DNA of 63,986 nucleotides, the filler included, from Octopus bimaculoides (Eukaryota), in assembly GCF_001194135.2 (NCBI RefSeq). It is 7 parts of 6 records of this genome, joined end to end, with 100 filler letters (N's around TTAATTAATTAA, not from the genome) between each part and the next. Parts side by side here need not be neighbours in the genome. Positions count along the whole stretch, not along the records: positions 17,887 to 33,468 come from NC_068981.1; positions 33,569 to 44,732 come from NW_026371731.1; 5 more parts are not named here. One strand, given 5' to 3'. The position numbers and the translations under genes were made by a program. A model generated the notes under the pieces. It ran no database searches. It was not told the DNA's origin and saw only the letters and a program-made list of their open reading frames with translations. This document shows, in pieces, positions 24,857-37,142 of this stretch (positions are counted from its first letter, which is position 1; every line of letters starts with the position of its first letter).

Positions 24857-25990
24857 TGTGTGTATGTGCATAAAGGTTTGCTTCTGANNNNNNNNNNNNN
24901 NNNNNNNNNNNNNNNNNNNNNNNNNNNNNNNNNNNNNNNNNNNNNNNNNNNNNNNNNNNNNNNNNNNNNNNNNNNNNNNNNNNNNNNNNNNNNNNNNNNN
25001 NNNNNNNNNNNNNNNNNNNNNNNNNNNNNNNNNNNNNNNNNNNNNNNNNNNNNNNNNNNNNNNNNNNNNNNNNNNNNNNNNNNNNNNNNNNNNNNNNNNN
25101 NNNNNNNNNNATATATATATATATATATATACATATGTGTTTGTGTGTATCTGTGTGTATATGTATGTATGCATACGCGCACATGTATATGTACGTGTTT
25201 GTGCGGTTCGTATGTTATTACGCCTTCTTACCTCCTCTCTGATTCCTACCTATCACACTAACTTATTAATCACATACGTCTATCTATAGTTATTTGCCAT
25301 CCTTGCATTCGTCCGTCCACTTTAAATTTTACTACTAAAACTACTACCCACCTTGGTATCACTCTCAATCTTACATTTTCTCAAACCTTCCATTAATGCA
25401 ACTGTATCATTTTACCGCAACTAACATATCTCACACTTATTCCCTCCTTACCTTCTCTTCTCTTCATATCCCTCCTCACTCCACTCCCCTACTCCCCTCC
25501 TCACTTCTTTCACCATTTCTACACTTTTTCCACTCGTTTCACTTTTTCTGTCTCTCTTTTCTCTCTTTTGGTTCTCTTTCTTCCTGTTTTCATTTTCTCT
25601 TCCTGTTTTCATTTTGACCTATCTCCTCATTCTAATCAAACACATCCCCCTCACATCTATCCGCAAATACTACCAATGCATACTCCATTTTTCATTTACA
25701 TTGCAAGACACATTGGGATGAGCAACAAAGAATCCACTGCTCCATACTTTGAAATGACTACACATGAACTACTACTGGAGCTTGCATGCCACATACAGGA
25801 AACAATTTTACCACTTCTGTACATACACCACTTTCATCGAACAATGGAACTGCAACTACAATATATTTACATACATTATATTTTATTTCTACTTTCATTC
25901 TCATATTTTCCTCTCTTTTCCTATCTCCTCCTTTTCCATATGAATTCTTTATTTAGAAATCTAATATTTAGCTCTCTTTAACTATCTCAC

Positions 25991-26044
25991 ATCGTCTCTG
26001 ATGAAGGAATATCCATAATATCCCAGAAACAGCTGTAAGACTAT
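25991..26044 (+). ncRNA. Candidate minimal type I hammerhead ribozyme with palindromic loop 3
   Basis: atcGTCT-CTGATGA-aggaatatccataatatccca-GAAAC-AGCT-GTA-AGACtat. Stem I pairs 6 of 7 bp; there is an A.A mismatch at the base of stem II. Confidence 0.6.
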
Positions 26045-26112
26045 ACCTGTATTATTTTCCCTATAAATGACCTGAAAACTCATCACAGCATTGGATGCAT
26101 TATTTCATTTTG

Positions 26113-26147
<35 letters not shown>

Positions 26148-26304
26148 TGCTAATGCAAGACTCACATTACACTCCTCATATCACTGTCGGGCCAAGAGTT
26201 TAACTACGGTCCGTCCATAGCACTTATTAGTGTTACCTGCGTCACTTGGGTCTTCTAGGTACCGGCTCTTCTCATATATGTGTGTATGTGTGTATGTGTG
26301 TGTG

Positions 26305-26470
26305 TGCGACGCTCTTGTTTGAGTTTCTGTCTACCATATCCATTCACAAGACTTTGGTCGGCGGGAGGCTAGAGTACAAAACACTTGCCCAAGGCGCCAC
26401 ACAGTGGGACTGAACCCGGATGCATGTAGTTGGGAAGTAAGCTTCTTACAACACAGCTACTCCTTCGCCT
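26305..26470 (-). mobile_element. SINE family B, 5' part
   Basis: Colinear with 2710-2872. Confidence 0.8.
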
Positions 26471-26541
26471 ATCTATATATATTATTGTGTCTGGTGAGAG
26501 TTGTTATGTATCTGTGACTTATCAATTTCGATAATTGACAG

Positions 26542-26624
26542 AGTCAAGGACTATTAAAAAGGTAGCAAAATGCAAGGAGAATTTTAGTAAAAAAGAAATA
26601 AGTAAATGCGTAGAAATAAGATCA
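26542..26624 (+). other. Possible 83-nt internal exon (unidentified)
   Basis: aattgacAG acceptor, TCA|GTGAGT donor, one open frame SRTIKKVAKCKENFSKKEISKCVEIRS. Confidence 0.2.
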
Positions 26625-28694
26625 GTGAGTACGTTAAATTAATAAGACCCTAAAAAAGAATGGTTTTCCCCAGACACAAAAAATATGCTGCTCCACACGA
26701 ATTCACATAAAGAATCATGCGAGAGAAATGCAGTAATAGTACCGAATAGCTATGTTTGCATACCAACAAAATGTTGTTTTAGCCCCAGGAAAACATGTTT
26801 TGCAGCTGGCTATCCACACACAGTTTGTGTCTTTACAGCATGTGCAAGGGAGGTCATCGCTCCCATCTGTAGCGTTACGTGATACATACATTCCTAAGTT
26901 TCAGGATGGTATCCGTCCTCGGTGTGAGACAACCAGAAGCTAGTGTTGAATGTTCTATCCATTGATTAATTATTTGATTAATGTAGACAGAGTTAAGGAA
27001 TGCATACAAGAAACGAAAATTATAACTGTTATTAAATGTCTAAGCCTAGACTTCGAATACCACCGGTCATTTGGCAATTCTAAGGATGAACGAGCTGTAT
27101 TTTGTACTGTAATACATTCCCAACGGTATTCACTTTAATTATACCCACAACACATATGTATATATATATATATNNNNNNNNNNNNNNNNNNNNNNNNNNN
27201 NNNNNNNNNNNNNNNNNNNNNNNNNNNNNNNNNNNNNNNNNNNNNNNNNNNNNNNNNNNNNNNNNNNNNNNNNNNNNNNNNNNNNNNNNNNNNNNNNNNN
27301 NNNNNNNNNNNNNNNNNNNNNNNNNNNNNNNNNNNNNNNNNNNNNNNNNNNNNNNNNNNNNNNNNNNNNNNNNNNNNNNNNNNNNNNNNNNNNNNNNNNN
27401 NNNNNNNNNNNNNNNNNNNNNNNNNNNNNNNNNNNNNNNNNNNNNNNNNNNNNNNNNNNNNNNNNNNNNNNNNNNNNNNNNNNNNNNNNNNNNNNNNNNN
27501 NNNNNNNNNNNNNNNNNNNNNNNNNNNNNNNNNNNNNNNNNNNNNNNNNNNNNNNNNNNNNNNNNNNNNNNNNNNNNNNNNNNNNNNNNNNNNNNNNNNN
27601 NNNNNNNNNNNNNNNNNNNNNNNNNNNNNNNNNNNNNNNNNNNNNNNNNNNNNNNNNNNNNNNNNNNNNNNNNNNNNNNNNNNNNNNNNNNNNNNNNNNN
27701 NNNNNNNNNNNNNNNNNNNNNNNNNNNNNNNNNNNNNNNNNNNNNNNNNNNNNNNNNNNNNNNNNNNNNNNNNNNNNNNNNNNNNNNNNNNNNNNNNNNN
27801 NNNNNNNNNNNNNNNNNNNNNNNNNNNNNNNNNNNNNNNNNNNNNNNNNNNNNNNNNNNNNNNNNNNNNNNNNNNNNNNNNNNNNNNNNNNNNNNNNNNN
27901 NNNNNNNNNNNNNNNNNNNNNNNNNNNNNNNNNNNNNNNNNATGTATAAAGAAAATAATTAATATATAAGAAAATAGTTGAATTAGGTACTCAATTTGAA
28001 GCACCAAAACTAGTGCGGTATTATCCGTACAACTCAAGATAATGTGAATAAAATCAAAATAAGCAGCACAGGATATCCAGAGTTGATGCATTACGTCGGT
28101 TTCAAGCGATTCCATTTAATTAAACGATGCAATCGTTACACCAATTTAAATGCAGGGCTATCCTTAGTTGCCTAAATAAATAAATCGTATTTTTTAATCA
28201 GTCGGACACATCAATATAATTTTACTTAAATATTATGATAGAGCAAGAAGATAAACAAAGTACAGGTTGCCACTATTGTAGCTTAGAATATACTAGACTT
28301 CAGGAGAAGTATGAAAGTTTGTTGTGGTCATAGTTTGTAAAAGATTTTGGTTTAGTTTTAATTTATTAGTCTTGTTTATCAATTACCAAATCTAAGACTA
28401 GAGGACTGTGTTTTGAAGTCCTTTATATTCTAAGCTATTGTAGAGGCAGCATGGAATTCGTCTATCTTCTTGCTCTATGAGAGTATTTCAGGAAAATTTT
28501 TATCAATGTCTCCAACTGATTAAAAAATTCCATTTATTTATTAATGCAGCTGAGGATAAACCTGCATTTAAATTGATGTAATGGTTGCATTTTTTAATTC
28601 AATGGAGTCGCTTGAAACGGTCGGACGGCATCGTCACTTGATATCCTGTTGCTTATTTTCATGTTGATGATAATGATGATGATGATGATGATGA

Positions 28695-28727
<33 letters not shown>

Positions 28728-29234
28728 TCTCATGATGTGGTGTTTGATTGTTAATGTGTGGTGAATTGTGGAATCGGTAATGTTTTTTTTTGTAGGATCG
28801 CTTTCGATGATTCATTTCAATTTTATTAGTTTCTTATTGTAACTAATAACGGTTTGATAAGCTATCAAAATAATGTCTACGTCTGTCCAAATAAACTAGA
28901 GTTTTTCATTACTGAAAAATGAAATGCGCAGTAAATACAAGCATGCACACAACAAAACCTTCGTGTATATATGTAAAGAAGGAATAGAAATACGAAACAA
29001 TCTAGGGAGAGATGATAGGACTGAAACATATACCCCCCCTCAAAAAAAAATATCATAGAGAGCGTAATGCCGAAACTAAAAAAAAAAACTAAGGTTGGAC
29101 TGTCACTGTCGTCCTGCACAAGATGGTTTATGAGAGCAGAGAAAACTAAAATAATCAGAATTTATACAAGTAGATATAGATAGCTACTATTCCAATATTA
29201 ATTATATAATACTAAATAAAGTTCTTATTTTTCC

Positions 29235-30850
29235 AATGAAAAACGCTAGTTTATCTAGGACAGACGTGGACATAATTTTAGCAGATCGTCAAACTGTTAT
29301 TAGTTGAGATAACGAAAAATGGACAAGATCAGGTAGGCCTAATTCCTTTGATAAATAAATTGGATTGAGTATCTCGTCTCACGTTATGGATATTGTTTGA
29401 ATCTACTTTTATTTGAGGTCAAATCAGAATTCCCCACAGATAACCTGAGGTCTGTACAGAGGTGATGTTCTTTTCCTATTAAAAAAAGCTCTACAAACAT
29501 TGAGATAGAAAGATATTGAAAAGATCTCCATAAATGTTATAGACGTTTCGGCCTTTATATTACCATACATTGTAATTACCGTAAGGTAAATCTTCTGCAT
29601 GCGATTTTAATTTCGAAAGCATCATGTATGAACCATAGCACAAACCTAATGAGTGCTTAAGATATGTAAATGTCAATTCCAGTCACCCCCCTCCGTAACC
29701 AAGGGAATCATTAAGAACATAGCCACTAGAACATCAAGATAATGAGACAAAGGTGAAATATTCAACCGACATGCACCACACTACAATGGAGCGCTAGCTG
29801 GGTCCCGAAAAATAAAGTTTGACATTAACGAAACCACAAAAAACAAGCGCAAATAAGGTAGAATACACGCATAACCCAAATGACACCAAGAATCGAATAA
29901 CAATGAAAAAGGTAAAACCTAGAAACAAAGAAAAGACAGGCACAACACCAACGTAGTAATAATTAGAATACAGACGCACATAATCGCAACAACATTCAAA
30001 ATACATTAAAGGAGTCAAACAAAAGGTACAAATGGTCGGAGGTCCTAAAGCATAATTCCATTTTTGGACTCCAAATATCGTCAGAGATAGTTAAGCAATT
30101 CATTGCAGTATTAAATATATCCTTACCTAAAACACATAAATAGTACCGTTTATTTAATAAGCCCACAGTAAAATTATTGTACGCAGCATTTTACAACATT
30201 GAGTATTACATACCTAAATACAACAACAAGAAATTAAAAAATGCAGAGAACAAACAAATGACAACATCACACGATTTAATGCCAATAAACAAATAAACAA
30301 CAGATAGACTGCAAAATCTCTGATAACGTATAAATGGTAGTAATAAGACGTGGATGAATCATCAAAAAAATCCAACAAGTCAGACTGCTAATTCCACGAT
30401 GATCCAGACACTAATAATCAAACAGAAAATTATGAAAACAGAATAAAAATGTCACCAGATAAACATATAAGTAATACTAGTACAAATAACTGCACATACC
30501 GTTGAGAATATGCTTGTCCGCTCATGAACCTATGTGTCCCAAGCAACATATCATAAAAATGCACTATCTCCATATCCCAACATAAATACGTGTAAATAAG
30601 TGCCACAGAAAACAAATTCAAATCCAATTATCGCAACTGCATCTCGTTATTTCCAAAAATAAACAGACGACACGCAACTTAACTGCCAGACCTCGTATTG
30701 TGACTGAAATAATCAGAAATTAAATACGAAATAGAATGGCCAATAAAAAAGAAGAAATGCACACACATGTAATTCACTATCCGACAAATGTGACCTTTGT
30801 CATGATGAAGCATTGAGGATACTGGTGTGTAATGAGAACCTGGACAAACA
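29235..30850 (+). mobile_element. Degraded Penelope-like element, RT through GIY-YIG endonuclease
   Basis: In order, across stops and frameshifts: SFD..IG..VMDIV..Y..GLYRGD; FGLYITI..KVNLL; KPNE..YVN.NSSHPP; EIFNRHAPHYN.AL; KQFIAVLN..LPKTHK.YRLFNK.TVKLLY; CPL..C..NI; SATENKFKS.Y; KCDLCHDEAL.IL. Confidence 0.8.
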
Positions 30851-30954
30851 AGCATGATGAGAAAATTCCAAGGAGCAACCACCGCGCCCAATATGCATTT
30901 TCAAGATGGAACATTGAACATTGTATTAAAATAATAATTATTATTATTCTTTTT

Positions 30955-31100
30955 CACCACACCCATTCAAGAATTTTAGACCCCCACTTCTCTGATTTCT
31001 CTGTTGATGTTCTCCTTCGGTTGCACCAGCGTCTCTTTCAGGTATCCCCACAAGAAAAAATCCAAGTTTGTCAAATTTGGAGACCGTGAAGACCATTTAA
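30955..31100 (-). mobile_element. Tc1/mariner-superfamily transposase C-terminal fragment
   Basis: KWSSRSPNLTNLDFFLWGYLKE matches the WPPRSPDL.PLDFFLWGYLK motif. Confidence 0.75.
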
Positions 31101-31149
31101 ATTAGACCTCACACATGGTCCCAGCAAGATGGGAGAACTGTTCATACTG

Positions 31150-31440
31150 CAAGAGAAACAATGCAGTTGCTACAGCAATGCTTTGGAGAGAGAATTATCT
31201 CCCTCTACGGCCTTCATATTCCTCACACTTGAGTAGCCCAGATTTTTCTTGTGTGGATATCATAAAGAGAGGGTTTACGTCAACAAACCTAAAACGCTGG
31301 TGCAACAGAGAAATCAGAAAAGTGGTGTCTGAAACTATTTAGTGTATTATGGTGCAAGTTTTGGAAAGAGCACAGGCGTGGGAAGCCGAAAATGGCTGCC
31401 ATTTCGGCGATGTCATTGTTTATATGTGATGTAGAAGTGT
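31150..31440 (+). mobile_element. Second Tc1/mariner-superfamily transposase C-terminal fragment
   Basis: LQQCFGERIIS..YSSHLSSPDF.., ERVYVNKPKTLV (frameshifted); the DNA is related to 30955-31100. Confidence 0.65.
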
Positions 31441-33568
31441 TTCAAAATTTGACATGTGCATATTAATTCCAACTATGTCCTTCATATTGTATGTATGTAT
31501 ATATATATATATTTATATATATANNNNNNNNNNNNNNNNNNNNNNNNNNNNNNNNNNNNNNNNNNNNNNNNNNNNNNNNNNNNNNNNNNNNNNNNNNNNN
31601 NNNNNNNNNNNNNNNNNNNNNNNNNNNNNNNNNNNNNNNNNNNNNNNNNNNNNNNNNNNNNNNNNNNNNNNNNNNNNNNNNNNNNNNNNNNNNNNNNNNN
31701 NNNNNNNNNNNNNNNNNNNNNNNNNNNNNNNNNNNNNNNNNNNNNNNNNNNNNNNNNNNNNNNNNNNNNNNNNNNNNNNNNNNNNNNNNNNNNNNNNNNN
31801 NNNNNNNNNNNNNNNNNNNNNNNNNNTATATATATATATATATATATATATCAACCGAGATAATACACACAGACAGACCAATTACATTAAAAGTATTTGG
31901 TTAAAATCACAAAAACAGCTTGTTACACTGAAGTTTTATATTTTTAATGCGAAAAGTATCAATGAATTGAAACCTTGTGGATTTGAGTTATACACCTTCT
32001 ACATAACACGTAATTATGTAAGTGACACGTAGCATCAGACATTGCTTTATTTATTATCGACCTGATCACTTTCATGGAGAATGATGAAGGAAAGTGGCGT
32101 CCCTATTGCTGCTTAAGAACCATCCATAAGCGTTCAACTATATTGAGATTCGATGATTTCGGAATGGCAAAGCAAATGGCTTACATCTTTCCATAGAATG
32201 TTGAATGACATTATCCGTGTGAATTGTAGCATTTATCACGTGAATGATTGCGCTTACGATTAGGGTCCAAATATTTGTGAAAGTGGAAGAATATGCCATT
32301 CAAAGATTATATGGCCTAAAATAAGAATCTTGGTACATTTCGGTGGGATAGGAACTTATAAACATACAGATGTGAATTGAGTTTTAAAACCTATTTTAGA
32401 AAAACTCCATAATATTTAATTGTTTTCAAAATTACACTGCTGCAAAGTCTTCAATCATAATATCTAAATTATTTGTTGAGTGTTGTTTCATACGATGTCA
32501 AACATAATTTATTTGTTTACACATATTAACAGTACTGGTGTTACAAATTACATAACTTTTTTCAATATTTATAAACTATTTTCTTTTATTCAGTTGAAAC
32601 AATTACTACACACACACACGTACACACACACATGCTCACACATATTTGTGTGTGTGTATATATATATATATATAGATATATATACGCGTGTGCATGTGGG
32701 CGTGAGGGAGAGAGATAGAAAGAGGGAGAGAGAGGGAGAGAGAGAGAGAGAGAGAGGGTATGTGCTTATATATGTCTACTCTGTTCGCGCGTTTCAAAGT
32801 GTATACATTCGAGTTATTTTGTGTCTCAGGTCTCTTTGTGTATTTCTCTATACGTGGAATAAATTTCTCCATCAATTATAAGTTTGAGCAGTTCACGTTG
32901 CAGAAACCATGCCTCACTTCTGATCTGCAGTGTTATATTTCGGGAAGTCTTTTGTTATTATCTCATTCGTAATTTGTGTGTGCTGTTTAAAAGATAGGAA
33001 ACTGAACACCACATATAAATGATTTTCATTTTGTACTGGCGTAACAATTGTTGCTGATTTGGTGTAGATGTGACGCATGCTCCTGCAGAATATCCACCAA
33101 CATATACCAAGGTCTAATGAGTAGAAACAATTTAATTGACTGAATCATAGATTTTTTTTATCCTTGTTGCGAAAAGCCTTATATCTGCGCACCGATTTAT
33201 GTGTGTCACTGTCTGTTTATATATATTCATGTATATATAGATGTCATGTCATCAAAGTCAAAGATTTACTCACGGGGACAACGATTATATATCACCCGAA
33301 GAGAATAAATGGGTCCCATTATACAGGTTAAAATGTGCTTAATGTAAATCAAAATCCTGCATATACGTGAATTTATGTTGTATCGAAATGTGTAGTGTTT
33401 ATTAAATAACTATCTAAACGTACACTTTCTTCTAGACTCTCCTCTCTCTCCATATATATATATATATANNNNNNNNNNNNNNNNNNNNNNNNNNNNNNNN
33501 NNNNNNNNNNNNTTAATTAATTAANNNNNNNNNNNNNNNNNNNNNNNNNNNNNNNNNNNNNNNNNNNN

Positions 33569-33850
33569 GGACTTTCGAGCGAGATCGTTGCCAGTGCCCC
33601 TGGACTGGCTTGTGCGGGTGGCACATAAAAGACACCATTTCGAGCGTGGCCGTTTTCGTGCGGGTGACACGTAAAAGCACCCACTACACTCTCTGAGTGG
33701 TTGGCGTTAGGAAGGGCATCCAGCTGTAGAAACTCTGCCAAATCAGACTGGAGCCTGGTGTTGCCATCCGGTTTCACCAGTCCTCAGTCAAATCGTCCAA
33801 CCCATGCTAGCATGGAAAGCAGACGTTAAACGATGATGATGATGATGATG
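33569..33850 (+). mobile_element. SINE family C (GGTTGGCGTTAGGAAGGGCATCCAGC body, GTTAAACGATGATGAT tail)
   Basis: Near-identical to 41760-41978 (minus) and similar to 63285-63598; RTE-like short tandem tail. Confidence 0.85.
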
Positions 33851-33854
33851 AAAT

Positions 33855-34105
33855 ACCACTAAGCATTTTGCCTGGTGTGCTAACAATTCTGCCAGGTTTG
33901 AAATTTTAGCACAAGGCCTGCAATTTTGGGGAGGGAGTAAGTGGATTACATCAACCCCAGTGCTCAACTGGTACTTAATTATTGACCCCGAAAGGTATGA
34001 AAAGCAAAGTCGACCTCAGTGGAATTTGAACTCAGAATGTACAGAGAGATGAAATGCTGCTAGGCATTTTGCCCAGTGTGCTAATGATTCTGCCAGCTTG
34101 CCAAC

Positions 34106-34155
<50 letters not shown>

Positions 34156-34560
34156 CTTTTCTACTACAGGCACAAGGCCTGAAATTTTGGGGTAGGGGGT
34201 AAGTTGATTACATCGACCCCAGTGCTCAGCTGGTACTTATTTTAGCAACTCTGAAAGGATGAAAAGCAAAGTCAACCTCAGTGAAATTTGAACTTAGAAC
34301 ATACCAAGCATTTTACTTGGTATGCTAATGACTGTCAGCTTGCTACCTTACATTTGTTCAACTGGTTTCAAATTTTGACACAATTTCACAGGAGAGAGCA
34401 AGTTGATTAAATCAACCCCCAGTGCTCAACTGGCACTTATCGACCCCGAAAGGATGAAAGGCCAAGTTGACCTTGGCAGAATCTGAACCCACAACGTAAA
34501 GACAGATGAAATGTCACTAAGCATTTCGCCTGGCATGCTAACCATTCTGCCACCTCATCA
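33855..34560 (-). mobile_element. Tandem cluster of three SINE family A copies with an intervening (AAT)n
   Basis: Repeated GACCCCGAAAGG..AAAGTCGACCTC..GAACTCAGAA units. Confidence 0.85.
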
Positions 34561-34865
34561 CCTTGACCCTTTAGCATTCAGATTATTCTGCCAAATTGTT
34601 TTTTAATTAATCATGCATTATTTTGTAGCTTCGAAATTTTTATGATGTCATTGTATATTTTATAATGACATTGAAGGGTAGGTGTGATAGGCTGAATCTG
34701 GCTGTTTTGAACATAAAACAGAATATTTTGGTCAGATATAGCTGGTTTAAATGCCAAAGGGTTAATGGCATATTTGATATTGATGGCATGCTATATACAC
34801 CAGTCATGAGCAAACTGTGGTTTGCAGGACTTTCTGAATGGTACTTCTTTTTTTTTTTTTTATCT

Positions 34866-35070
34866 TTTACTTGTTTCAGTCATTTGATTGCAGCCATGCT
34901 GGGGCACTGCCTTGAAAAATTTTTAGTCGAATGAATCAACCTGAGTACTTTTTTTTTTTTTTAAAGTCTGGTACTTATTCTATTGGTCTCTTTTACTGAA
35001 CTGCTAAGTTATGGGACCAAAACACACCAACACTGGTTGACAAGTGGTGGTGGGAGACAAACACAGACAC
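34866..35070 (-). mobile_element. SINE family B, 3' portion
   Basis: Matches 7548-7715. Confidence 0.8.
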
Positions 35071-36617
35071 ATCAACAACACAACCAAAGAACAGAATGAA
35101 AACAACAGCTCAACAGGTAAAACAAAACATAAAGATCTGCATGTATACATGCATACATACATACATACATACATAAAAAAAATAACTTGTTGCTGTTGTA
35201 GAAATTCCAATGAAGGAGCCTTGGATCTAGGTTAGAAACTGGCTCTTTATCAGCAAGAAATCTTGAAATAAAACTGCATAATGATGTACATACGTGTGTG
35301 TGTGTGTGTGTGTGTGTGTGTTGGTGATAGATATCCATTATATGAACGTCTATGATCAGCAATGATGATCAGAAAAATATATTGTCAGCAATGACCCTGA
35401 AAAATTTAATTTGACGCAACTTGCGTTCATAGTCAAAGCCAAGAGATCCAAAGACAAACTGATCCAAAATACCTGTCTCAACAATGTTAACAGGTTTTAT
35501 AACAGATATGTTCTAGAGATATGTTTTAATGAAAATTAAGGGTTGCCTCACTCCTCATTGGTTTTCTAGCACATTATAACACTAATCTGGAATGTCCAAG
35601 TCCCNNNNNNNNNNNNNNNNNNNNNNNCCTATGCTTTGGACAGGTCATGTTTTTGCAGGGGTTTCTGGTCACCCTCTTCACCAGAGTAACCTGATGGGAT
35701 GGGGGTGGGGTGGGGGTGCTGGTTTAGTCAATGAATAACCTGATGGCGCAACAGACTGTACTGGATTACATGTCATATGTCATAGTTGTGTGTTGGTGTG
35801 TTGGGGGAATGAGAGCAGAGAGAGAGAGAGAGAGAGAGTCAGAGAAAGAGAGCAAGGAAGTAAAATAAGTATGGAAATATCAACAGGTGAGTAAACAAAC
35901 ATGTCAGTTGTCATTAACCCTTTTAGCAGTCTAATGAAGTAAGGAGGAATAATCCATAAAAGCCAAAAATGCAGGTGGTGGTAGTGATGCCAGAGCAGCA
36001 GTGGCAATGAGGCCAATCCTCTCCCCTCACTCACACACCTGCCGCCACCCACTGTATCTGGACTGTTTCAACAAGCTTATGTTCTGTTTCTGACAAATTG
36101 ATCAATTATGTAAAAGATAACATGCAAATAGGATGTAAATAGAGAGATTGTTCTTTCTCATCACTTTGCGACTCTGGTGATGGCAGTAGTGATGGTGGTG
36201 GTGGTGGTGGTGGTAACGGTGGTAGTGCTGGCTGTAGTTTGTAATGGAAGTGATGGCGTTATCAGCTGTGGTTATGGATTTATATAACGGCAATAATGTA
36301 GTAGTAGTAGTAGCAGCAGCAGCAGCAATCAACAGCAGCAGCTGTGGTGGTGGATGCAGTTGTGGTTGTTGTAGTGCTGTTATCAGTTGTGGCTGTGACT
36401 ATGGATCTAAATAACAGTAGTGATAATGTATTTGACTAGCACTGGTAATTGCAGTGATGCTTTTAGTTGTGATTACTGTAGCGATAGTGGTGGTGACAGA
36501 AGAGGTGGTGATATCGGTTGTGGTTATGGATTTATACAATGGTAGTGATAGTTGTTACTACTGATGTGGCTTCATTCAAGTCAGTCCTGATTAAGCAGAT
36601 GTATATATGTGTTGCAT

Positions 36618-36642
<25 letters not shown>

Positions 36643-36649
<7 letters not shown>

Positions 36650-36859
36650 ATGCTGAACAATTCCTGGATTTAAGTGTATTGTGAAAGGCCTGGTTGGAAA
36701 CCCAACCTCCTGAGTTCTTTTACAGGGTTGAGAAAAACTGAAGGACTGCTGCAATAAGTGTGTGAATCTGAGGGGAGAATATGTTGAATAAAATCATAAT
36801 TAACTGATCCTCCTGTATTTCCTTTTACTCAAAACCAGGAACTTTTCAGCACTTCTTCA
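36643..36859 (+). mobile_element. Mariner-derived non-autonomous element (internal deletion derivative)
   Basis: Imperfect 29-bp TIRs CGAGGGGATGCTGAACAATTCCTGG / CCAGGAACTTTTCAGCACTTCTTCA; the interior encodes the mariner C-terminus-like NKCVNLRGEYVE*. Confidence 0.75.
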
Positions 36860-36958
36860 TATATATNNNNNNNNNNNNNNNNNNNNNNNNNNNNNNNNNN
36901 NNNNNNNNNNNNNNNNNNNNNNNNNNNNNNNNNNNNNNNNNNNNNNNNNNNNNNNNNN

Positions 36959-37142
36959 ACTCCCTGAGAGCCGATCTTACATCCTCTACCTTGATACACT
37001 CCCACTTTGCTCTTCTAAGGAGTCTAAGTATTATTATTATTATTATTATTAATAATAATAATAATAATAATACTTAGACTCCTTAGAAGAGCAAAGTGGG
37101 AGTGTATCAAGGTAGAGGATGTAAGATCGGCTCTCAGGGAGT
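36959..37142. repeat. Perfect 184-bp palindrome (92-bp arms, no spacer) centred on (TTA)n/(TAA)n
   Basis: Base-by-base symmetry around 37050/37051; the left arm starts at the contig edge. Confidence 0.95.

Noticed and set aside
29535-29600. CAGAAGA...GAAACGTC on the minus strand
   Set aside because: The plus strand here is PLE RT coding sequence (RRFGLYITI..KVNLL), so the match is coincidental.
32060-32200. DDFGMAKQM resembling a kinase DFG motif
   Set aside because: An isolated short frame with no HRD/APE context or splice signals.
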